Under the pieces are notes generated by a model. It made no database searches and was not told where the DNA came from. It worked only from the letters and a program-made list of their open reading frames with translations. The position numbers and the translations under genes are program-made. A DNA stretch of 64,000 bases from Tubulanus polymorphus (Eukaryota > Animalia > Nemertea): NCBI RefSeq assembly GCF_964204645.1, contig NC_134026.1, forward strand, positions 17,704,150 through 17,768,149, read 5' to 3'. Of this stretch, positions 1 through 7,870 are shown one piece after another (position 1 is the stretch's first letter; each line of letters begins with the position of its first letter).

Positions 1-354
1 TAAACAAGAGCTGTACAGAAATAAAGCTAAAACGGTTAACATGATAGTTATTTCACCAAATACTAAACAAATAGTTCAAATAAGTGTCGATACGTTGGCG
101 GAAGGTTCATTGGTTGTTTTTGAACCATACAACCACAAGTTATTGAATAAATGTTTAGGTGGAGGTAAAACATTATGCAAAATCACGGACGGTAAAATTT
201 TCGCTACTATTGTGAATCCTACTAATGAACCAATTCAAATTTCAAAAGATTATGTGCTTGGATTTGCATACAATGTAACTGACGATGATTGTTTCGATTT
301 CGCAGATGACAATACTAGTGCAAACATTTTCAGCCAGCCTGCCGATACAACAAC
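1..354 (+). mobile_element. Possible Ty3/Gypsy pol fragment (post-protease beta-rich region), cut by the insertion at 355
   Basis: ORF from 41 has the pattern I.PN....V.....VFEP...IVNPTNEPIQI.K..VLG that I associate with the region between protease and RT in invertebrate Gypsy elements. The ORF-track tail after 354 is read-through into the inserted element. Confidence 0.35.
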
Positions 355-571
355 AGTAATAGGGGTAATGGGCTTTCAGATCAAAGGTCGAAGGGTCGAG
401 CTCGTAAAAAATGAAAAACATAAAAATAATAACAATTTCTACTTGAATTACTCGCGAAACTCATAAAAATTAAAAATAAATTCTCACACGCTCGAATTTA
501 TTTTTCATTTTTACTCGCTAGAAAAAAGTGTGAGTGAAATAATTCATAAATCATTGAATATTTATATTTAT

Positions 572-1231
572 ATGCGTTGGATTCATTTTGATAAAAGTTT
601 TGTTATTGAAATGAAGACAGAAGAAGAAGAACCCAACTTTAAAATCGAAATCAATGAAACCAATAAATCATTTTCACAGTTTTACATTAAAAATTATATT
701 TCAGCAACAAATTTAGTGTCCGCAAGACATTATAAAATCGATAACATAACTATGATTAATCAAATATTATCAAATGAAACATATTTACTCACTGAACTAG
801 TAGATACTTTTGATAATGGTGTTAAAAATCCTAAAGTATTCAATACAGTTTTAAATTTTAAAGGAACTTTAGATGAAAACATAATTAATATTCTTAAAAC
901 TCCTTTCAATGAAAGAAATGATGATATAATACTTTCAAAAGATTACAATGATTTGATTAACTTAAGAATTGAAAAAAGACAATTATATTATTTCAATTTT
1001 GATAATAAACAAATTATCTATAATGAAAATTCATCAAATATTGGCATTCAATGTGAATTAGATAATGAAAAATCATTTAAAGATATTGCAGTTCAATGTA
1101 ATTTAGATGATGAATTTAGAAAATTCAATCCTAATGAAAAAGTGCATTGTTATTGCGGAGGTAAATATTTAAAATCACATAAATCAAAGCATTATGAAAC
1201 AATTAAACATAAAAACTGGCGTAAAGAGTAA
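572..1231 (+). CDS. Element-encoded hypothetical protein with C-terminal CxC...H...H zinc-finger-like motif
   Basis: Intronless ORF (first ATG 572, alternative 611) ending EKVHCYCGGKYLKSHKSKHYETIKH, a motif style common in large DNA virus and Polinton-like proteins. Confidence 0.55.
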   Translation: MRWIHFDKSFVIEMKTEEEEPNFKIEINETNKSFSQFYIKNYISATNLVSARHYKIDNITMINQILSNETYLLTELVDTFDNGVKNPKVFNTVLNFKGTLDENIINILKTPFNERNDDIILSKDYNDLINLRIEKRQLYYFNFDNKQIIYNENSSNIGIQCELDNEKSFKDIAVQCNLDDEFRKFNPNEKVHCYCGGKYLKSHKSKHYETIKHKNWRKE

Positions 1232-1281
1232 CAATTCTACATTATAATTATTGAATTGAGTTAAATGATTTAAATATCTAA

Positions 1282-1601
1282 TAGACTGTTAAAATGATAA
1301 ATTGTTTTACAGTTAAAATGATAAATTGTTTGACAGTTAAAATGATGAATTGTTTGACGGTTGAAATGATAAATTGTTTGGCAGTTGAAATGATAAATTG
1401 TTCGACAGTTGAAATGATAAATTGTTTGACAGTTGAAATGATAAATTGTTAGACAGTTAAAATGATAAATTGTTTGACTGTTGAAATGATAAATTGTTTG
1501 ACTGTTGAAATGATAAATTGTTTGACAGTTGAAATGATAAATTGTTTGACTGTTGAAATGTTAAATTGTTAGACTGTTGAAATGTTAAATTGTTTGGCTG
1601 T
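1282..1601 (+). repeat. 24-bp tandem array (about 13 copies) inside left TIR
   Basis: Unit TTGACAGTTGAAATGATAAATTGT, head-to-tail with no spacers. Confidence 0.95.
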
Positions 1602-1720
1602 AAATTTAATTGTTATTTGATTTAATCATTTAAAGGTTTAATATTTTTAAAATGATTATAAAATATCTAATTAAAAACTAGCAAATATTTTATAAACTGT
1701 TTAATTTTTCTCTTAAATAA

Positions 1721-1939
1721 ATGGATGGTTTCATCCCAACTGGGAAAAGTGATTTGAAACATTATTTAGTTGCTGGAGGTTTAATATTGGCAGCATTATA
1801 TTTTTACTATGAGAATATTTCAAAAGATTTGATGAATGAAAATAATAAATTGAGTAAAAAATTAAAGAAGTTAAATGGAAACAATCACAGAAATAAAAAG
1901 AATAAAAATGTTAATTTAGAAAATGATTTAGAGGATTAA
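1721..1939 (+). CDS. Small predicted single-pass membrane protein (72 aa), TIR-encoded
   Basis: TAAATG start context, hydrophobic YLVAGGLILAALYFYY, then a coiled-coil-like and basic tail. Identical protein at 3402-3620. Confidence 0.55.
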   Translation: MDGFIPTGKSDLKHYLVAGGLILAALYFYYENISKDLMNENNKLSKKLKKLNGNNHRNKKNKNVNLENDLED

Positions 1940-1977
1940 AACAGCATCTTTTAATTTCATATATTTTGACTATAAAA

Positions 1978-2154
1978 ATGAGTGAAAATATATTCAACTT
2001 ATTACATCTAATATATAAAAATCAACAGAATATTAAATCAATTATTATGCTTACAGGTTTATTTTCTTTTTCAATTTATAGTATAAAACAGTTGTTAGAA
2101 TTCTATGATAGCTGTAAAATTAGATATACAGAATTGAAAGATATGAAGATATGA
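1978..2154 (+). pseudogene. Truncated left-TIR copy of the C2H2 protein gene (finger lost)
   Basis: Identical to 3061-3363 up to ...TELKD, then diverges exactly at the TIR boundary (2143) and stops. Confidence 0.65.
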
Positions 2155-2847
2155 TCTGAATAAAAAAACAATAAGTTACTTTATCTAATACTAACTTATT
2201 TAAATTATTGTTTTTTTATTCAAATCTATTTGATTTCTATTCGCGCTATTGGTTAACAAGAATTGACTAGAATTCAAATAGATTTAACAAGAATATCAAT
2301 AACTTTAACTGTTAGTATCACTCTAGTATTATTTCATTGTTTCTCTTATTGAATAAGCCAACTAACTAATATCACTCTTGTATTATCCTAGTCAAATGTA
2401 AAGAATTTAAAATATCATACTTGAATGAATTAAAACATAAATTGCTTCTGTTACTTCATTTTCAGAAATAAAGCCTAATATGTATTTAATACCATTAATA
2501 CGTATTTAATACCATTAATACGTATTTGATACGTATTTAATACGTATTTAATACATTGATACCTCAACCCCCTTTTTCAATTAACTAATATTTCATACCA
2601 ATATTTTATATTTTCAGCTAATTTAACAGTCTTATTCGTGATTTATCATTTAGTTTATGAATATACAATCTACACAATTCAATACTTAAACAGTTTAACA
2701 ATCTAGCGGGTTCATTGTATTACTCTGTTAATTATGATAAATGTAAATATATAATTTAATATGATTTATACTTTTCCAAATATTTATAATAAATCTGTGA
2801 GATAGATAAATAAATATTGAAACAGAAATATATATGATAAAACTATT

Positions 2848-2955
2848 TATATATCTATGTACTAGACGTACGTAAGAATCCAAGAAATCTTACTTTCTTA
2901 CTTTCTTGGCAAGAATCTTACTTTCTTACTCGTACGTCTAGTACATAGATATATA
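2848..2955. repeat. Internal hairpin with 25-bp perfect arms
   Basis: TATATATCTATGTACTAGACGTACG (2848-2872) and its reverse complement (2931-2955) enclose CTTACTTT repeats. Confidence 0.9.
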
Positions 2956-3060
2956 GATTAGTTTTTATAAAAATCATAAATATAAATTATTAATCTAAAT
3001 ATTGAAATAGTTATAATATTATCTATTTTTATATGTTCAACCAATTTAACAGTCTATTGC

Positions 3061-3363
3061 TTAATTTGAATTATACAGTTTATCATCTAATTCATGAATA
3101 TATTTATGAGTTTTTAAACTCTTTTTATTTTTATATCTTTTATTGCATATTTCACAGCATTTAATATTATTCAATCTATCTGAAATATAATTTATGTTAT
3201 CTTTCAATTCTGTATATCTAATTTTACAGCTATCATAGAATTCTAACAACTGTTTTATACTATAAATTGAAAAAGAAAATAAACCTGTAAGCATAATAAT
3301 TGATTTAATATTCTGTTGATTTTTATATATTAGATGTAATAAGTTGAATATATTTTCACTCAT
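3061..3363 (-). CDS. Small protein with hydrophobic segment and one C2H2 zinc finger (about 100 aa)
   Basis: CEICNKRYKNKKSLKTHKYIH fits C-x2-C-x3-Y-x5-L-x2-H-x3-H. The ORF crosses the inner boundary of the right TIR. Confidence 0.6.
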   Translation of the reverse strand: MSENIFNLLHLIYKNQQNIKSIIMLTGLFSFSIYSIKQLLEFYDSCKIRYTELKDNINYISDRLNNIKCCEICNKRYKNKKSLKTHKYIHELDDKLYNSN

Positions 3364-3401
3364 TTTTATAGTCAAAATATATGAAATTAAAAGATGCTGT
3401 T

Positions 3402-3620
3402 TTAGTCCTCTAAATCATTTTCTAAATTAACATTTTTATTCTTTTTATTTCTGTGATTGTTTCCATTTAACTTCTTTAATTTTTTACTCAATTTATTATT
3501 TTCATTCATCAAATCTTTTGAAATATTCTCATAGTAAAAATATAATGCTGCCAATATTAAACCTCCAGCAACTAAATAATGTTTCAAATCACTTTTCCCA
3601 GTTGGGATGAAACCATCCAT
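3402..3620 (-). CDS. Small predicted single-pass membrane protein (72 aa), second TIR copy
   Basis: Same protein as 1721-1939, one synonymous difference. Confidence 0.55.
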   Translation of the reverse strand: MDGFIPTGKSDLKHYLVAGGLILAALYFYYENISKDLMNENNKLSKKLKKLNGNNHRNKKNKNVNLENDLED

Positions 3621-3739
3621 TTATTTAAGAGAAAAATTAAACAGTTTATAAAATATTTGCTAGTTTTTAATTAGATATTTTATAATCATTTTAAAAATAT
3701 TAAACCTTTAAATGATTAAATCAAATAACAATTAAATTT

Positions 3740-4059
3740 ACAGCCAAACAATTTAACATTTCAACAGTCTAACAATTTAACATTTCAACAGTCAAACAAT
3801 TTATCATTTCAACTGTCAAACAATTTATCATTTCAACAGTCAAACAATTTATCATTTCAACAGTCAAACAATTTATCATTTTAACTGTCTAACAATTTAT
3901 CATTTCAACTGTCAAACAATTTATCATTTCAACTGTCGAACAATTTATCATTTCAACTGCCAAACAATTTATCATTTCAACCGTCAAACAATTCATCATT
4001 TTAACTGTCAAACAATTTATCATTTTAACTGTAAAACAATTTATCATTTTAACAGTCTA
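3740..4059 (-). repeat. 24-bp tandem array, mirror copy in right TIR
   Basis: Reverse complement of 1282-1601. Confidence 0.95.
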
Positions 4060-4109
4060 TTAGATATTTAAATCATTTAACTCAATTCAATAATTATAAT
4101 GTAGAATTG

Positions 4110-4769
4110 TTACTCTTTACGCCAGTTTTTATGTTTAATTGTTTCATAATGCTTTGATTTATGTGATTTTAAATATTTACCTCCGCAATAACAATGCACT
4201 TTTTCATTAGGATTGAATTTTCTAAATTCATCATCTAAATTACATTAAACTGCAATATCTTTAAATGATTTTTCATTATCTGATTCACATTGAATGCCAA
4301 TATTTGATGAATTTTCATTATAGATAATTTGTTTATTATCAAAATTGAAATAATATAATTGTCTTTTTTCAATTCTTAAGTTAATCAAATCATTGTAATC
4401 TTTTGAAAGTATTATATCATCATTTCTTTCATTGAAAGGAGTTTTAAGAATATTAATTATGTTTTCATCTAAAGTTCCTTTAAAATTTAAAACTGTATTG
4501 AATACTTTAGGATTTTTAACACCATTATCAAAAGTATCTACTAGTTCAGTGAGTAAATATGTTTCATTTGATAATATTTGATTAATCATAGTTATGTTAT
4601 CGATTTTATAATGTCTTGCGGACACTAAATTTGTTGCTGAAATATAATTTTTAATGTAAAACTGTGAAAATGATTTATTGGTTTCATTGATTTCGATTTT
4701 AAAGTTGGGTTCTTCTTCTTCTGTCTTCATTTCAATAACAAAACTTTTATTAAAATGAATCCAACGCAT
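4110..4769 (-). pseudogene. Right-TIR copy of the 572-1231 ORF with a premature stop
   Basis: CAA>TAA at 4245-4247 removes the zinc-finger tail. Two missense changes (D>N, L>S). Confidence 0.6.
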
Positions 4770-4996
4770 ATAAATATAAATATTCAATGATTTATGAATT
4801 ATTTCACTCACACTTTTTTCTAGCGAGTAAAAATGAAAAATAAATTCGAGCGTGTGAGAATTTATTTTTCATTTTTATGAGTTTCGCGAGTAATTCAAGT
4901 AGAAATTGATATTATTTTTATGTTTTTCATTTTTTACGAGCTCGACCCTTCGACCTTTGATCTGAAAGCCCATTACCCCTATTACTAACAACCAGC

Positions 4997-5058
4997 CGGT
5001 TACAGTTATCACGTCCGCTTCACACGCGGAAGGTCGCGGGTTCGGCCACGCCGAAACC
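4997..5058 (+). pseudogene. tRNA-Val(CAC) pseudogene or tRNA-derived fragment
   Basis: GTTATCACG-TCCGC-TTCACAC-GCGGA-AGGTC-GCGGG-TTCG...CGCCGAAACC followed by a T-run. Anticodon arm is intact (CAC); D arm and 5' acceptor strand are damaged; T-loop is shortened. Confidence 0.7.
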
Positions 5059-5726
5059 TTTTTGTGTAGTATAAATATCTTTTATGGGTCTGTCTAAAGA
5101 ACATACCTCTAACCGCCCTTTGGTTTTTTCGTTCCGATTTTGATTTTAGTGTTTTAGATGCAACCTGAATGATTCACCCAGTCCCGAGCGTGGCGCTCCG
5201 TAATACTGCTCGCGTGTGTCCGATAGCGATATACCACTGTCACTGACACTCAGGTTCTCACTCAGTGCATTCGTTATCGATTAAATAATTTTAAGAATGA
5301 GATTAATCAATTTAAAGAATGGAACATGTTATTCATAAGAAAAAACATCATTAAGGCTATGCACTAGCCTAGTGCTTTTCTCTGCTGTGATGTATCATCA
5401 CTTATAAGTTTCATTCACTTCAAATAACGATATATTGTATTTTGTAACAAGTACAAGGTATGGAATGATCAACTGTCTAAATCTGTTTTGGAATAAATAG
5501 AATATGTGACTAGAATTTAATACGATTTTGTTCACATTTCTGGTTTTTACAGTAAAATTTCAATTTAGAAAATTAAAACTCCTTTGTTGCAGAATTGAAA
5601 TTTTATTGAAACTTTTGGAATGATATTATGATATAGCAGTGGTTTAAATCGGACACCAGAATTTAACCATCCTGTTTGGTATTTATGCTCAAATAAATGT
5701 ATTTTAATCGTGAAAATGACATTCAG

Positions 5727-5834
5727 GGTCCAGTTCCACAGTTCTGAGTTAAGATTTAACCCTGGGTTAAAACATCGAAAATGAACTAACTTTAACTCAG
5801 AGTTAACTCTAACTCACAACTGTGGAACTGGGTC
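5727..5834. mobile_element. Short palindromic MITE, PIF/Harbinger-like
   Basis: GGTCCAGTTCCACAGTT...AACTGTGGAACTGGGTC flanked by CAG on both sides. Confidence 0.6.
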
Positions 5835-6143
5835 CAGATGAACGAATAGTAGTTGCTATAGCAACATCTTTAAGGTCACGCCTGCAAAATTTGGACCAAT
5901 GATAATTGGATCCTGGTACTAGAGAACAAGGGCTACCTTCAAAAAAAAAAAATTCACGAAATTTCCACTCAAGCGAAAAGTCAATTTTTGGGACCCATGG
6001 ACAGGACTAAAATATTGGAAAAGGTACATTTCAATCGTCAACGACAATTTTGGTATCATCTGAAAGAGGAAATATAGGTGAATAAGTAAGTCTCACATTT
6101 CTAAAAAAATTTACGTCTTCCTAACCCAATCAGTTTTTTTTTT

Positions 6144-6252
6144 CAAATTTAATATCACATTTCCAGTTTTCCATCTTATTGACAACTGGCATTGTTGCTC
6201 AAATTTAATATCACATTTCCAGTTTCCATCTTATTGACAACTGGCATTGTTG
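6144..6252. repeat. About 54-bp tandem duplication
   Basis: TCAAATTTAATATCACATTTCCAGTTT(T)CCATCTTATTGACAACTGGCATTGTTG occurs twice. Confidence 0.85.
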
Positions 6253-6929
6253 GCGCTTGTGCGCAGAGCGGTCTTCCTCTAAGTTGGCATTGGTTACACA
6301 TCAGTAAGTGTATAATTATGTTTTCAGATCGAAGGTCGAAAGGTCGAGCTCAAAAATAAAAAACATTCTCGCCGGCTCGAATTTATCTATATTTTATTCA
6401 CTCAACCTTTCAACCTTCAATATGTAAACATGATTATACACTTACTCTAATATCTATTAAAATGTTTTATTTTCATAATTATAAATAAATAATGAAATAA
6501 ATATCAAAATATTAAAATCTAAAATTGATAAAATAAAAAATGATTATTTTGAATTTTTTAATAAATATCATTCAATATGTAACAAATAATATCTTATTAT
6601 ATTTATATTTTATAGTTTGTACCATTTTCAATATTAGAAAAATTATAAAATGTAAATATGACACTTGTTTATTATATCACCCCTGTGTCTTTATTTCTCC
6701 TTAGTAATTTCAGTCGCTTTATTAGATAAGGAATATAAAAGTAGTTTTAAAAATATAAAAATAATGTTTATATATTATTATTATTTCATAACTATTTCAA
6801 TATCATAAAATTATGTGAATATTTCTCAATAATGATTAATGTATCTATATTACCTAATTTATTAAAATATTAAATAATATCAAATAATAATATAATAATT
6901 TTATTTTTGATAAGAAATATGTATAATGA

Positions 6930-7253
6930 ATGGAGCGTAAACAATCACAAAACAATAAAAACTTTATTGAAAGAATAAAAGATATAACAGTTGCTAAGAA
7001 TGTAGATTATAGATATAAAAAATTGATTGAATTAACATTTAATAAAAGATATTTAATAACAGATATTGAAATAATATCAACTGAATATGAATTTGTAGCA
7101 CATTTAAGAAATAATCATGAATTTAGAACATATTTACCAGATAGATTTAATAGATTATCAATTGAAGATATTGATGATTTAAAATCAGGAATATTTGATT
7201 TAATTTATAAAGATAAAGATGAAAAAGGACATCATGTTATAGATTTTGAATGA
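6930..7253 (+). CDS. Hypothetical 107-aa protein, possible small OB-fold protein of Polinton-like elements
   Basis: Intact ORF with pattern YKKLIEL...RYLI......TEY..VAHL.....YLPDRF; sits 16 bp upstream of the penton-like pseudogene. Confidence 0.45.
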   Translation: MERKQSQNNKNFIERIKDITVAKNVDYRYKKLIELTFNKRYLITDIEIISTEYEFVAHLRNNHEFRTYLPDRFNRLSIEDIDDLKSGIFDLIYKDKDEKGHHVIDFE

Positions 7254-7269
7254 AAAATATGTAAAATAA

Positions 7270-7870
7270 ATGAAAGAATATAGAATATATGTTGATTCTA
7301 GAAAACTTACAAATCAAAAATCTAATAATTTACAAATACAATTAGATAGAGAATTATGTTCATTTAAAATTAGTAAATATTAGTTTATGTAATTCTTTTT
7401 ATAATATAACGGATAAAACTCTTGAAGATAACGTTTTTTAAATTCATATTAAAATATAGGTAAATGGTTTACTTTATTTTTAAAACCAGGATTATACTAT
7501 TTAGAAACATAAGCTCACGAAATTAATAGACGAGCACGGTTGAAAATTAGAGGTGATGATAAATTACTAATTAGATTTATAAAAAGTGATAGTTCAAACA
7601 AAATCAAAATAAAGGTATATGATGAAAATGAACAAGCATTTTTGGTAAGAAAATCAATAGCAAAGTTGTTAGGAATTAAACCAGATATTGTTACTGGAAA
7701 CATAGAAGGTACATCAAAATTAATACCTTTTACACATTTTTATATTTATTGCAATTTAATAGACCCTGTTTGAAGCAAGTAAAGTACAATTTGTAATTCT
7801 AGTTTATTAAATATTTTGCCATTAAAAAATGTTAAACGATTTTGAACACAAATTAATTATAAGTTATCTG
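7270..7870 (+). pseudogene. Polinton-type minor capsid (penton/PX)-like pseudogene
   Basis: Across frameshifts and stops: MKEYRIYVDSRK...SNNLQIQLDREL / LVNISLCNSFYNIT / LKPGLY...EIN / IAKLLGI / FYIYCNLID. This motif order is typical of Polinton/PLV single-jelly-roll pentons. Confidence 0.6.

Larger units (their letters stand above)
355..2143 (+). repeat. Left terminal inverted repeat (1789 bp)
   Basis: Mirror of 3198-4986. At least 6 substitutions seen (near 432, 471, 590, 1059, 1093, 1937). Confidence 0.95.
355..4986. mobile_element. Non-autonomous Polinton/Maverick-like element with 1.79-kb TIRs and 6-bp TSD
   Basis: Begins AGTAATAGGGG, ends CCCCTATTACT. AACAAC is duplicated at 349-354 and 4987-4992. 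355-2143 is the reverse complement of 3198-4986. Very AT-rich with small intronless ORFs. Confidence 0.8.
3198..4986 (-). repeat. Right terminal inverted repeat (1789 bp)
   Basis: Mirror of 355-2143. The same ORFs appear on the minus strand in the ORF track. Confidence 0.95.

Noticed and set aside
1282-1601. CRISPR-like array
   Set aside because: Units are contiguous with no unique spacers, there are no cas genes, and the context is eukaryotic.
355-4986. Assembly fold-back artefact
   Set aside because: The arms differ at several positions, there is a unique 1-kb spacer, and a clean 6-bp TSD lies outside canonical AGT/ACT ends. Read-level confirmation is still advisable.
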